A stretch of 64,000 bases of DNA from Desulfatiglandales bacterium (GCA_963662465.1 OY759599.1:7968001-8032000), one strand, 5' to 3'. Positions 1 to 10,914 are shown, counted from the first letter of the stretch. The notes: a model not told the origin generated them from the sequence alone. Program-made: numbers and translations.

Positions 1-607
1 GATGGCCGCCGAGCGCCAGGTCCGAGCGTGCCAGCACCATGGCCGCCCCTCCCGAGCCGAGGGTGAAGGTGGCAAAATTGGCGCGAAAGGTCTCGACATC
101 ACAGTTTGAAGCCAGAAGTCTTTGGATAGTGGTTTCCACCACAAAGCGGCTTCCTTCACCGTCCACTACGATGCCGTAGTCCACTTGTCCACGTTCGATC
201 ATATTGCCGATGATTTCCATGCCGTTTAAAAATGCCAGACATGCATTGCCCACGTCAAAGTTCATACATTCGGGGCTGAGCCCCAGATTCCCATGTACCA
301 GACAGGCTACCGATGGCTCAATATAGTCACGGCAGACAGAGGTGTTCACAAGAATGCCAAGTTGCGATCTGTCGATATCGGCGTTTAGAACGGCTTTTTC
401 AGCCGCCATGGCGGCAGCTTCGCTGGGTTGGCGGCCCGGTTCCCAGAATCGCCTTGCCACAATCCCGGTAAGGGAATGGATGATGTCGGGTCGTGCATGA
501 ATCCGCTTTATGATGGGTGAGAGCTGTTTTTCGAGTTCAGCGGAGGTAATACGGTGAGGCGCATCCACATGGGCTAGGCCGATGATGGATACATTTTGAA
601 ATTTCAT
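1..607 (-). CDS. oleA: OleA-like 3-oxoacyl-ACP synthase III/thiolase-fold enzyme, 3' end outside window
   Basis: Manual translation from ATG 607: MKFQNVSIIGLAHVDAPHRITS...NTSVCRDYIEPSVACLVHGNLGL...FDVGNACLAFLNG...FATFTLGSGGAAMVL; NAC catalytic Cys and EPS motif as in OleA. Absent from the ORF track because it has no stop in the window. Confidence 0.8.
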   Translation of the reverse strand, partial: MKFQNVSIIGLAHVDAPHRITSAELEKQLSPIIKRIHARPDIIHSLTGIVARRFWEPGRQPSEAAAMAAEKAVLNADIDRSQLGILVNTSVCRDYIEPSVACLVHGNLGLSPECMNFDVGNACLAFLNGMEIIGNMIERGQVDYGIVVDGEGSRFVVETTIQRLLASNCDVETFRANFATFTLGSGGAAMVLARSDLALGGH

Positions 608-649
608 GGGGTGAATCCTCTCGAAAAATGATATGGTTTTGTTTTTTCA

Positions 650-696
650 CTTAAAACTTAAAACCGTGTCTGAACGAGGTTTTCGTTCAGACACTA
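650..696. repeat. Dispersed element family A: (CTTAAAA)2 plus hairpin GTGTCTGAACGA-GGTTT-TCGTTCAGACAC-TA
   Basis: Near-identical copies at 13589-13649 and 33568-33621; partial copies at 14569-14599 and 33484-33502. Confidence 0.9.
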
Positions 697-1950
697 ATTA
701 TAAAGGGGCAACTGCTTTTCTACCCTTTCTTTGATGTTGACAATTATGTCGGGCGTTATTTTCAGAAGACGGGTCGAATCCAAGTCCTCTAAATTTACAT
801 CTGCTTGAATCGGTTGATTGTGGGTCATTGTTTTTGCTAAGGCATTGGCGAAATGAAGCACCAGCAGCTCCTTTGAGGGCGCATCCGTTTTTCCCGGATC
901 ATCGTGGAGCAGGGCGCCTTCAATATATTCTTTCGAAAAATTCCAACTCTTGAGTGCTTTTGCGCCAATCATGTTGTGGTGTTTTTCGATGGATCTAAAC
1001 AAGCTTTCCGAGTCGATATTTCCACTCAGTTGATTCTTGGCTTCCAATTCCTCGCTCATTTGAAGGAGAAATATTTTTCCGATATCATGCAAGAGTCCGA
1101 TTGAGAAAGCATCGCTTTTCAGCTCCAGTTTGAGGGTGTCAACAACAACTTGGGCAGCTACGGCGCAGTAGAGAGAATGTTCCCATAATTCTTGCGCGAA
1201 TTGGGCATATTTTTTGTCGGCTGAAACAAAAAGTTTTCGGTTGCAGATGGCGTCCACATATTGCTTTGTCGAAACGAGTCCTAAGCGAGAGATGGCTTCG
1301 TCAACGGTCTTGGTTTTGGCAACGGCCCCATAGTAGGCTGAATTGGATACGCTCATGATTTTGGCGGTAATGGCCATATCCTGCTTGATGAGATTTCCAA
1401 TGACTTTGAAATCAAGACCTTTTTTGGCCATTTCATTCAATTTGATACTGATTTCCGGGAGAGAGGCCATCCTGATTTTTCCACTGGCCAATCTATTTAG
1501 AACGATTTCGACGGGATCAACCGCTTTTTGATCAGCTTTAGGATCTTTCAGAAGCTGGGATTTTAGTTTGCTCTTGGCAATTGCGTTGACGATGGTTTCG
1601 TTTTTGAATGGCTTGACGACAAAGGCGTTGCATCCGGCGGAAAAGGAAGTTCTGACGGTCCCTTCATCCGCATGAGCTGTTATGATCATGATGAATGCCG
1701 CTCTTTCCTTTGGAACCTCCATGTCTTTTTCCAACTTCCTGATTTCAAGCGCGACTTTCGTTCCATCCATATCCGGTAAAGCGATATCGATGGTTATCAA
1801 ATCAAAAGGATCTCTATGTTTCAGTGCGTTTCTGACCGCCCTTACGGCGGCATCTCCACGACGGAGCGCATGACATTCTGAAATATCCATGGGCAGTCCT
1901 TCCAGTGATTTGCTGGTAGTGGGGTCGTCGTCAACGATCAGAATTTTCAT
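694..1950 (-). CDS. Response regulator receiver plus HDOD-domain protein
   Basis: N-terminal REC (ILIVDDD, DIALPDMDG, KPF); HDOD motifs (QDMAITAKIMSVSNSAYY, LWEHS, GLLHDIGK). Confidence 0.9.
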   Translation of the reverse strand: MKILIVDDDPTTSKSLEGLPMDISECHALRRGDAAVRAVRNALKHRDPFDLITIDIALPDMDGTKVALEIRKLEKDMEVPKERAAFIMIITAHADEGTVRTSFSAGCNAFVVKPFKNETIVNAIAKSKLKSQLLKDPKADQKAVDPVEIVLNRLASGKIRMASLPEISIKLNEMAKKGLDFKVIGNLIKQDMAITAKIMSVSNSAYYGAVAKTKTVDEAISRLGLVSTKQYVDAICNRKLFVSADKKYAQFAQELWEHSLYCAVAAQVVVDTLKLELKSDAFSIGLLHDIGKIFLLQMSEELEAKNQLSGNIDSESLFRSIEKHHNMIGAKALKSWNFSKEYIEGALLHDDPGKTDAPSKELLVLHFANALAKTMTHNQPIQADVNLEDLDSTRLLKITPDIIVNIKERVEKQLPLYN

Positions 1951-2237
1951 AGTGCCTTTGTTTCCTTTTTATGAATTTCGATATTTCCCAACGGTTCTTT
2001 GGTATTCATAAAATATGCGCGTTTTTTGGTCAAGGATTTAGATGGATGGTGGCCGCTAAATATTTCTCTGATGGTGTTATGAATGTTCAAACAGAACAAA
2101 TTCATCCTGTTTGGCGAGTCTGTCGTCTTGCGAAAGGGCGCGACAGTTGTTATAAGTATGGACAATATCAAATTCTTTCCACTTGAAAACATCGAGGCAG
2201 TCCTGAGATGGGGAAAGCAGCGAAAAGGAGATAACAA

Positions 2238-3008
2238 ATGCTTAAGATAGAGGATTTACAGGTTAAACTGGGGGAAAAGGAGATCTTGAAACATATTGAT
2301 CTCGAAATCCATCCGGGTGAAACCCACATCCTTTTTGGTCCCAACGGGAGCGGTAAAACGTCGTTGTTGATGACCATTATGGGATATCCCCAGTACGAGG
2401 TGGTTTCCGGGACAATCATGTTCAAGGGGGAGGATATTACCCATGCGCCCATTGATGAGCGGGCAAAACTGGGAATCGGCATGAGTTACCAGCGGCCCCC
2501 CACCATCAATGGCCTCAAAACCCGGCAGATGGTGCATTTATGCGCCGGTGAGGAAATCGATGAGGCGGCCTTGGCAAGGCGCGTCAATTTTGAGGACTTT
2601 CTGGATCGGGACGTGAATGCGGGTTTTTCCGGCGGTGAAATCAAGCGATCGGAATTGCTGCAGCTGATGGCGCAAAAACCGGATCTGATGCTGTTTGACG
2701 AACCTGAGTCCGGGGTTGATATGGAAAACATCACCCTTGTGGGCAATACCATTGCCGAGCTTTTGGAGAAGCGCGTGCATCCCTCCAAGGACAGATCAAA
2801 AATGCAGGCCAAAGCTGACAGAACCAAAATGGGCCTGATTATTACCCATACGGGATTTATCCTGGATTATGTCTCGGCCGACAAAGGGCAGGTACTCTAC
2901 AACGGGAAGCTCAGTTGCGTGAGCAACCCCAGGGAAATTTTGAATTGCGTGGGCGACACCGGATATGAGGAGTGTGTAAGATGCATATCGATGAACAATT
3001 TCAAGTAA
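2238..3008 (+). CDS. sufC: SufC/SmsC-type ABC ATPase (minimal Fe-S assembly)
   Basis: GPNGSGKT Walker A, GFSGGEIKRSE signature, FDEPESGVD, C-terminal CVRC; RBS AGGAG. Confidence 0.9.
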   Translation: MLKIEDLQVKLGEKEILKHIDLEIHPGETHILFGPNGSGKTSLLMTIMGYPQYEVVSGTIMFKGEDITHAPIDERAKLGIGMSYQRPPTINGLKTRQMVHLCAGEEIDEAALARRVNFEDFLDRDVNAGFSGGEIKRSELLQLMAQKPDLMLFDEPESGVDMENITLVGNTIAELLEKRVHPSKDRSKMQAKADRTKMGLIITHTGFILDYVSADKGQVLYNGKLSCVSNPREILNCVGDTGYEECVRCISMNNFK

Positions 3009-4207
3009 AAGCGAAAGCGGCAATCGACAAAAAGGGCGCCATAGGGCCGGATGTGGATTTTAGCGCATTTGACGCAACGCCGTCGCCTCTTGTGGAAATG
3101 GCGGATACGGATCTTCGCAATCTGCCTCGGGAAGAACGGGAACAGTTGCTCATGACGGGGTTGGATGTGACGGAAAAGGAAAGAGGGGGAACCTTTCTGC
3201 AGATGAACGACCATGCCGTCCATTGCCACAGTTCCCAGGAAGGCATTGAAGTGCTTTCCATTCAAAAAGCGTTGGCGGAGCATGATTGGATTCGCGACTA
3301 TTACTGGAAGCTGGCGGACGTGGGTGCGGATAAATATACGGCGGCGACCGAGTTGGGTCTGCATGACGGGTACGTTATCCGGTCCCTTCCCGGAAGCAAA
3401 TCGGTCTACCCCATTCAGGCCTGCCTTTATATGCACAAAGAGGGCATGCAGCAGAACGTCCACAACATCATTGTCGCGGAAGAAGATTCCGAACTTCACA
3501 TCATATCGGGGTGCGCCACGGCGCCTCATCTTAAACGGGGTCTTCATGTGGGGATCTCGGAATTTTTTGTAAAGAAAAACGCCAAACTGACCTTTACCAT
3601 GATTCACAACTGGGCGGAAGAAGTGGTGGTTCGCCCCCGGTCCGCGGCAAGGGTGGAAGAGGGCGGCCTTTTCGTTAACAACTATATTTCCATGAAACCG
3701 GTTCGAAGCGTGCAAATGTATCCCACAACCCACCTGGTGGGTGAAAACGCAGTGGCGCGTTTTTACAGTATCGTGGTGGGAAGCCCGGGATCCGAATACG
3801 ATTTGGGGGGGCGGATTTTCTTGAAAGCGAAAGGAAATCGGGCTGAAATCGTTGCCAGGGCCATCAGCAATGGCGGAAAAATTATCGCAAGGGGGCACCT
3901 GATCGGAGAAGTCGCGGATATCAAGGCGCATCTGGAATGCAAGGGGTTGTTGCTGAATGGCGGCCTGATTCATGCCATCCCGGAGCTGGAAGGGCATGTG
4001 GACGGGGTGGAAATGAGTCATGAGGCGGCTGTGGGAAAAATCGCCCAGGAGGAAATCAGCTACCTCATGAGCCGGGGGCTCAATGAGGAAGAGGCGACCT
4101 CCACCATTGTTCGAGGGTTTTTGAGTGTCGATATTCCCGGGCTTCCCCCCCAACTGCAGGCTGAGATCGACCGGGCCATCGAAGAGAGCGACAAAGACGT
4201 TATGTAA
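2981..4207 (+). CDS. sufB: SufB/SufD-family (SmsB) Fe-S scaffold
   Basis: LECKGLL...PELE...MSHEAAVGKIAQEEISYLMSRGL motifs; start chosen at ATG 2981 after GAGGAG. Confidence 0.88.
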   Translation: MHIDEQFQVKAKAAIDKKGAIGPDVDFSAFDATPSPLVEMADTDLRNLPREEREQLLMTGLDVTEKERGGTFLQMNDHAVHCHSSQEGIEVLSIQKALAEHDWIRDYYWKLADVGADKYTAATELGLHDGYVIRSLPGSKSVYPIQACLYMHKEGMQQNVHNIIVAEEDSELHIISGCATAPHLKRGLHVGISEFFVKKNAKLTFTMIHNWAEEVVVRPRSAARVEEGGLFVNNYISMKPVRSVQMYPTTHLVGENAVARFYSIVVGSPGSEYDLGGRIFLKAKGNRAEIVARAISNGGKIIARGHLIGEVADIKAHLECKGLLLNGGLIHAIPELEGHVDGVEMSHEAAVGKIAQEEISYLMSRGLNEEEATSTIVRGFLSVDIPGLPPQLQAEIDRAIEESDKDVM

Positions 4208-4248
4208 GCTTCCTGGGTTTCTTTGGATTTTTGCCGATTCAGAAAAAG

Positions 4249-4292
4249 AGGGGGGTGGCTCTATCGGGGTCTCTCCCCCCTTTGTTTTTTTT
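4249..4292 (+). terminator. Probable intrinsic terminator of the sufCB pair
   Basis: AGGGGGG...CCCCCCT stem followed by a T-rich tract. Confidence 0.55.
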
Positions 4293-4370
4293 CTGCCCCT
4301 TTCTCCCTGCGAATGATATCCTTATGGTAATAATGTAATAGGGAAAAATATTGCATTACCAATATGACGT

Positions 4371-5021
4371 ATGGTATTGGAGGTAATGGATATGCTCTCT
4401 TGGAATGGCGGAAAACATGAGGTGTTAACTGTGGTAGAGGACAAACATGTGGGTCCGGAAAACGGCGTCTCCGCGCCCTCGTTGTCGGAGCTAAGGGGCA
4501 AACAATCGGTGCGGGCAACCTTTAAGCTGAGCGGAAGGGCCATTGAGGCCATCAGTGTGGCGGCTGCCCATATGGGGATTAAGCAGAAGTCCCTTTTTGA
4601 TCATCTGATAGATGATGCAAAATCCCTGGCGGTGGTCGCCCGTGAAGTTGAATCCAAGCGTTTTTTGAGGTTGAAGCGGGTTCAGAAAACTTTCGTTTTG
4701 AGTCGACGGACACTCTGCAGTCTGGAGGAAGTTTCAAAGGATTCCAATACTCCGAGGGATGCCCTGGTGGAATACTCCATTGCCAGGCTTTTGCCGGTGA
4801 TTGAGGAGGAGCGGAAAAAACATGAAAAAAGAAAGGAAATCCTGGTGGAGATTGGAAAGTACCTTGAACAGGGCGAGGGAATTTCGAAAAAGGTCGAGAA
4901 AGTGCTGGGAGAAGAGGATATGCTTAGCGAAAAACTAAAAGCGGCCATTTTGAATTTGCGCGGCGCTTGCGAGGGGATGGCGGCATTTGTGGAAAAAGGA
5001 AAGGTCATCGAACAGTTTTAG
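4371..5021 (+). CDS. Hypothetical protein, possible tandem ribbon-helix-helix N-half with coiled-coil C-half
   Basis: 216-aa ORF with two similar segments (QSVRATFKLS..., RVQKTFVLSRR...); start uncertain. Confidence 0.6.
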   Translation: MVLEVMDMLSWNGGKHEVLTVVEDKHVGPENGVSAPSLSELRGKQSVRATFKLSGRAIEAISVAAAHMGIKQKSLFDHLIDDAKSLAVVAREVESKRFLRLKRVQKTFVLSRRTLCSLEEVSKDSNTPRDALVEYSIARLLPVIEEERKKHEKRKEILVEIGKYLEQGEGISKKVEKVLGEEDMLSEKLKAAILNLRGACEGMAAFVEKGKVIEQF

Positions 5022-5201
5022 AAAATTGGGTGCGGCAATTCTTATTTTGGGATGATCTCCCTTGGGAAGTTGAAAATGCCATGAAACTCTGATAAGGATA
5101 GGTCGGAAATGAGTGGAAAGGTTCATGGGACCATTTCCAAATGTGGGCTGGTTTGAAAAAAAACCAGAATTCGAGAATCGCAGGTTGGGGGATGGACAGT
5201 T

Positions 5202-6680
5202 ATGCCGGATGATATCCAGGAAGAGATTGCGGAAGAAGTGGTTGAAACGCAATCGGAAGAAGAGAGCTTTGCCGATCTGTTTGAGGCATATGACAGCAAA
5301 TTGAATGAAGACGTTCGGGTCGGGGATAAAATCAGCGGGGAGATTATTTCCATCGGTAGAGACTCTGTATTCGTGGACACCGGAACAAGGATTGACGGGG
5401 TCGTGGAAAGGGCTGAACTGCTGGATGAAGAAGGCGGGCTTCCGTATCAGGTGGGGGACGTCCTGGAACTCTACGCCGTATCCGTCAGGGCGGGGGAGAT
5501 CCGACTTTCAAAGGCCGTGACCGGCGGCGGCGGTGGTTTTGAGCTATTGCAGGATGCCCATGAAGAAGCGATTCCGGTTGAAGGCAAGGTAAGCGCTCTG
5601 AACAAAGGCGGGTTTGAGGTATTGCTGGGGCAGAAAAGGGCATTTTGTCCCATTAGCCAGATGGACCTTCATTACGTGGAAAAACCCGAGGATTATGTGG
5701 GGGAAACCTTTGAATTCCTTATCACGGATTTTGAAGAAGACGGTCGCAACATCGTGGTTTCGAGGCGAAAGTTGTTGGACAAGGCCGTGGCAAAGGCGCG
5801 GGAAAGTTTTTATGAAGATTTTGGGGTTGGCGATGAGATGAAGGGCAGGGTGACCAAGCTGATGCCCTTTGGCGTTTTTGTGGAACTTGTCCCGGGAGTG
5901 GAAGGCCTGGTTCATATTTCCGAGTTGGGTTGGTCGCGGGTGGAAAATCCTGCCGATGTTCTCAAGGTCGGCGATGATGTACAGGTTAAAGTGGTGGGTA
6001 TGTCGCTGGGTGAAAAGCCGGGGCAGATGAAGATCTCTCTTTCCATCAAGCAAACCGTTGCGGACCCCTGGGATACGGTCTCACAACGGTTTAAAGAGGG
6101 CGAAGTGGTGGAAGGGACGGTGACCCGTTGCATGCAATTCGGGGTTTTTGTGGAGATCGAAGCGGGTATTGAGGGACTGGTTCACATCAGCGAAATGAGT
6201 TATCTGAAGCGCATCTTGAAATGCGAAGACGTGGTGGCGCCCGGCGACAGGGTTCAGGTGGCAATCAAGGAAATTGACGAATCCCGAAAGCGGATTTCCC
6301 TGAGCATGCGGGATGTGGAAGGCGACCCCTGGGCGGGGATTGCGCGGAAGTACCAGGTGGGGCAGGCGGTGGAAGTTATTGTGGAGAAGCATGAAAAGTT
6401 CGGGATATTCGTCTCTCTTGAACCGGGTGTTTCAGCGTTGTTGCCCAAATCGAGGATCCGGGCTTCGTCCGAATCGGGCCGGATTGAAAAATCGAAGCCG
6501 GGGGATGTTATTCCCGTCCTGATTGAAAGGGTCGACGTGAACGAACGGAAAATTTCCGTGGGTCCCGGGGATGCGGGGGATGAAGGGGATTGGCGTAGTT
6601 TTGTTCCCGCCAGAAGCGAAACCATGAGTTCCCTGGGCGAGAAACTGAAACAGGCCCTTGCGGCAAAGGGGAAGGGATAA
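5202..6680 (+). CDS. rpsA: 30S ribosomal protein S1 family protein
   Basis: Repeated S1 domains (FGVFVELVPGVEGLVHISEL, FGVFVEIEAGIEGLVHISEM), C-terminal MSSLGEKLKQAL; may be a paralogue. Confidence 0.85.
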   Translation: MPDDIQEEIAEEVVETQSEEESFADLFEAYDSKLNEDVRVGDKISGEIISIGRDSVFVDTGTRIDGVVERAELLDEEGGLPYQVGDVLELYAVSVRAGEIRLSKAVTGGGGGFELLQDAHEEAIPVEGKVSALNKGGFEVLLGQKRAFCPISQMDLHYVEKPEDYVGETFEFLITDFEEDGRNIVVSRRKLLDKAVAKARESFYEDFGVGDEMKGRVTKLMPFGVFVELVPGVEGLVHISELGWSRVENPADVLKVGDDVQVKVVGMSLGEKPGQMKISLSIKQTVADPWDTVSQRFKEGEVVEGTVTRCMQFGVFVEIEAGIEGLVHISEMSYLKRILKCEDVVAPGDRVQVAIKEIDESRKRISLSMRDVEGDPWAGIARKYQVGQAVEVIVEKHEKFGIFVSLEPGVSALLPKSRIRASSESGRIEKSKPGDVIPVLIERVDVNERKISVGPGDAGDEGDWRSFVPARSETMSSLGEKLKQALAAKGKG

Positions 6681-6770
6681 GGCCCATCTCGAAAAAGGGC
6701 GCAATGGTTTGCGCGGAAAATCACTAACCCGTTTTAGGGCCTGAAATGGGCCTTTTGAAAGGAGCTTGAA

Positions 6771-7514
6771 ATGGCGTTTTCAAAAGCAATCAGGTTTTTC
6801 ATGGTAGTTTTTTCGGCTGTGCTGATCTTTGCGGGTGTTCAACCGACCCATGCGAAATGGGGAGAATTTCTGGATAGCCTGAAGAAAGCGACGGGACAGG
6901 ACGACGGCCTTTCCACGGGAGAGATCGTGGATGGCCTGAAAGAAGCCCTCGAAATCGGAACGGACAATGCCGTGAAAATGGTTGGGAAGACGGGTGGGTA
7001 TTCATCAAACCCCGCCATTAAAATTCCCCTGCCCGGTTCGGTTGAGAAAATTCAAGGGATGCTCAGAACTTTGGGATACGGACCCCAACTGGACGAATTT
7101 GATAAAAGCATGAATCGGGCAGCAGAGGTGGCGGCGCCGAAGGCAAAAGCTATTTTCTGGGACAGCATCAAGGGAATGTCTTTTACGGATGCCCGAAAAA
7201 TTCTGGATGGCGGAGACATGGCCGCGACAAACTATCTTAAAGAGAAAAGCGCCGCTCAACTTGAGGAGGCTTTTCGGCCCATCATTCACAATGCCATGGG
7301 TGAAGTGGGCGTCACCCGGAAATATCAGGCCTTGTCCCAACCCATTGAAAGCATCCCCTTTGCAAAGGGCGCGGTTCCGGATCTGGATGGATATGTTACT
7401 GATGGCGCCATGAAGGGCCTTTTCTACATGTTAGGGCAGGAAGAAAAAAAGATCCGAGAAAATCCCGCGGCAAGGGCCACGGATTTGCTGAAAAAGGTGT
7501 TCGGGGGATCATAA
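6771..7514 (+). CDS. DUF4197-family exported protein
   Basis: Signal peptide; [38 protein letters not shown]. Confidence 0.85.
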   Translation: MAFSKAIRFFMVVFSAVLIFAGVQPTHAKWGEFLDSLKKATGQDDGLSTGEIVDGLKEALEIGTDNAVKMVGKTGGYSSNPAIKIPLPGSVEKIQGMLRTLGYGPQLDEFDKSMNRAAEVAAPKAKAIFWDSIKGMSFTDARKILDGGDMAATNYLKEKSAAQLEEAFRPIIHNAMGEVGVTRKYQALSQPIESIPFAKGAVPDLDGYVTDGAMKGLFYMLGQEEKKIRENPAARATDLLKKVFGGS

Positions 7515-7944
7515 ACGCAACAATAATGACTGATGCGAATTCAAATTAAGAATCTATTATGAGTGTTAAAAATAATCGGACGATAGTTAAAAATAAATAC
7601 GGGCTTTCCATAAAAATTCAAATGAACTTTGAACTAAGTTTTCCTAAATACCTAATAGGTAAATGCAAGTGTGCCATGAATAATGCCTATGAAATTCGAA
7701 CAAAAAAAATATCCCTTTCCCAAAAAGGAGTTGTTTTTTTCAGACACAATACCAACGAGTTGGTTCACTTCCTCAGTGTTTATTTCTTGGGAAAAGATAC
7801 GGAAAATTGACATTTCAAAGACAACGCCTTCAACTGATGGTATTTCAAACACGCCGGTATCATCCGATTTTAATAAACAAACTTTAGATTTTGAGTACTG
7901 CACGCTGTAAGTGGCCTATTGAATTGAACTAGGGCCTGAAATTA

Positions 7945-9360
7945 CAGGCCCAGGGCAAAAGCGGGGGCTATGAAATTAAAGATGAAACAAAACTTGCCGC
8001 CCTTGCCAAAGAGTATGGCATTGAAACTCAAGGAAGGACCAAAGAAGAAATTGCCCTTGACCTGGCTGAACGTGTCTATGCTGAATTCGGCAAACAGGAA
8101 GGGTTTGTGCAGTTCAGTCGCCAGGCTCCCAAAAAACGGGTGGAACTATGGAAAAAAGCAGGCATCGATCCCCGGGGCATTGACCGGGAGATTGTTGAAA
8201 TCATGCACCGAACTCACATCGGTGTGGATAATGACCCGGTCAATCTGATCCTGCAGGGCCTCAAGGCGTCCATTGCAGACGGTTGGGGAGGCTCTGCCAT
8301 TGCCACTGAAATATCCGACGTGCTGTTTGGGACGCCGGAACCGGTCCGGTCCATGGTCAATCTGGGTGTCCTTAAACACGATGAAGTCAATATCATTGCC
8401 CACGGCCACGAACCCGTTCTGTCTGAAATGATTGTAGGTGCATCCCTTGACCCGAAATTACTGGAAAAGGCCAAGACTGCCGGCGCCAAAGGCATCAATG
8501 TGGTTGGCATGTGTTGTACCGGAAATGAGATTAGTATGCGTCACGGCATCCCCATTGCGGGCAATTTCCTTCAGCAGGAACTGGCCGTGATTACCGGAGC
8601 GGTGGAAGCCATGATTGTTGATGTCCAATGTATCATGCCGGCACTGGGTGATTTATGCGAATGTTTCCACACCAAGTTTATTTCCACATCCCCCAAGGCA
8701 AAATTTCCCGGCGCCATCCATATGGAATTCAACGAAGAACGAGCCATGGACATTGCAAAAGAAATCGTTGGTACGGCCGTTGAAAATTATGCCGGCCGGA
8801 ACAAAGAAAAAGTGTTTATTCCTGAAGATAAAACTGAGTGTATGGTGGGGTTCAGCGCAGAAGCCATCGTTAAGGCGTTGGGTGGCGCCCTTGATCCGTT
8901 GCTGGATGCGATTAAATCCGGCGCCGTCAAAGGTATTGCAGGCGTTGTTGGGTGCAACAATCCAAAGATAAAACATGATCAAGGCCATATTGAGTTGGTT
9001 AAAGAACTGATCAGAAATAATGTTTTGGTGACCTCCACGGGCTGCAACGCCATTGCCGTTGCCAAGGCTGGGCTGATGCTGCCCGAAGCCGCGGCCCAGG
9101 CAGGTGACGGGCTCAAAGGGGTGTGCCAGGCCCTTGGGATACCGCCGGTACTCCACATGGGATCATGTGTGGATATCAGCCGGATACTGACGGTGTGTGC
9201 AGCTGTCGCCAATGCCCTGGGCGTGGATATCAGCGATCTTCCCGTGGCCGGCGCTGCACCCGAGTGGATGAGCGAAAAAGCCGTGAGTATCGGTGCGTAT
9301 GTGGTGTCGTCAGGTATTTTTACCGTGCTGGGAACCGTGCCCCAGGTATTGGGAAGCCCC
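7945..9360 (+). pseudogene. cooS: Anaerobic Ni-CO dehydrogenase catalytic subunit, truncated at both ends
   Basis: C-cluster motifs HGHEP, CCTGNE, DVQC, GCNN, TGC, GSCVD, MSEKA present; frame opens after TAG 7930 with no N-terminal B/D-cluster region; homology stops at VLGSP. Confidence 0.9.
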
Positions 9361-9658
9361 CTGCATGTATGCCTGCATCAGCGGCGCCATCACCCGCAAT
9401 AAGGACGGGGTGGTCATCACCGATACTGACAAATGCATCGGGTGCTGGACCTGCGTGATGGTCTGTCCCTATGGGGTAATCGGGCGCCATCTGGAAGCCG
9501 GCAAGGCCTATCGCTGCGATCGGTGCCTGGACCGGGATGTCCCAGCCTGTGTTTCTGCCTGTCCTACAGGGGCATTGGTTTTTGAAACGGTCCCAGTTTA
9601 TTCAAAGTCAGTTCGGCAACAGGCCTCCCAAGAACTTGCAAAAGCGGAAGGGGAATAA
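9353..9658 (+). pseudogene. cooF: C-terminal half of a CooF-like 4Fe-4S protein
   Basis: EAPCMYACISGA...CIGCWTCVMVCP...CDRC...ACVSACPTGAL; N-terminal half missing, joined out of frame to cooS. Confidence 0.85.
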
Positions 9659-9659
9659 T

Positions 9660-10914
9660 GTGGACCCGAATCAGACACCTTACTTAATTGTCGGGGGAAG
9701 TGCCGCGGGAATGGCTGCGGCACACGCCATCAGGCAGCGGGATCCGGACCGGCCCATCACCGTATTGACGGATGAACCGGACAAACCCTATTTTAGGCCC
9801 ATGATCCCCTTTGTGGTTTCCGGCAAAAAAAATGCCCTGGATATGGCAATGGAAGGCGCCGGGCCCTACACCCAAACAAATATCCGTTTAGAAACCGGCA
9901 GTTGTGTGGTTTCCGTTGACACCAGTGCCAGAGCGGTATCTCTGAACAACGGCAGATCCATGGCATATGAAAAAAGTCTGTTTGCCACGGGAAGCCGTCC
10001 CTATATCCCACCGGATATCCAGGGGACTGAAGCCCAAGGGGTGTTTGCCTTAAGAACCCTTGCCCATGCAAAAGACATGGCAGCTCGAGCAGGCAAGGCA
10101 GTACACAGCGTGCCGTCCTTCTGGGAGGCGGGCTTCTCAACCTCAAGGCTGCCTTTGCCCTGCTGGAACTGAAGATCAAAGTCACTTTGGTGGTATTTTC
10201 CCCCGAAGTGCTATCCCAGCTTATGGACCCGGAAGATGCCGCATTGATCAGAAAAGCCTTGGATGATGCAGGGCTTGAAATCAAAACCGGTGCAGCAGCC
10301 ATTGGCATCCGGTCCGATCATACCGGTGTGACCGGGGTTGTCCTTGATGACAACAGTGAAATCGCCTGTGAAATGGTCTGCATTGGCAAAGGGGTAAGGC
10401 CCAATGTGGAATTTCTTGAGGGCAGCGGCATTAAACTGAAAAAAGGGATTGTGGCCGACCGGCATACCGCCTGCAGCCGGCCCGACACCTTTGCTGCCGG
10501 GGATGTGGCGGTTACCCATGATCCCATATCCGGTGAACCGGTCATGACCGCCCTTTGGACCAATGCCGTTGAAATGGGGCGTTGTGCCGGGTTGAACATG
10601 TCAGGGCTGCCCACTGCCTACTCCGGCGCCTTCGGCATCCTGAATGCAACCCAGGTTGCCAATATCCCCTTTGTTTCAATGGGAATTGTACACACCCGTG
10701 AACTGGACTGTGAAATCCACTGCCATACCACCCGGATGTCCCGCAGGAAAATGGTATTCAGCCGGATGGTAACCGACTCATGGGAATGGTCCTGATGGGT
10801 GATATCAGTAATGCCGGGCTGTATCGACATGTTATCCAGGAAAAGATGGCAGTGGGGCGATTTAAACGGGAAATCATTCATCACTCCCTTCACTGGGGTC
10901 ATATGATCCGGTAA
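9660..10914 (+). pseudogene. NAD(P)/FAD-dependent oxidoreductase with two frameshifts
   Basis: IVGGSAAG, ATGS, AAGDVA motifs split over three frames (shifts near 10110 and 10765); final frame ends HWGHMIR-TAA at 10912-10914. Confidence 0.85.

Noticed and set aside
2897..4153. 418-aa minus-strand ORF, and other long antisense ORFs such as 16427-17497 and 37228-38271
   Set aside because: Shadow frames of well-supported genes, with no recognisable motifs.
7559..7910. Short ORFs in the AT-rich stretch before cooS
   Set aside because: No motif or clear RBS; probably foreign or decayed DNA that I cannot assign.
8107..9402. Intact CODH, or a novel CooS-CooF fusion protein
   Set aside because: N-terminal cluster ligands are missing and the join is out of frame.
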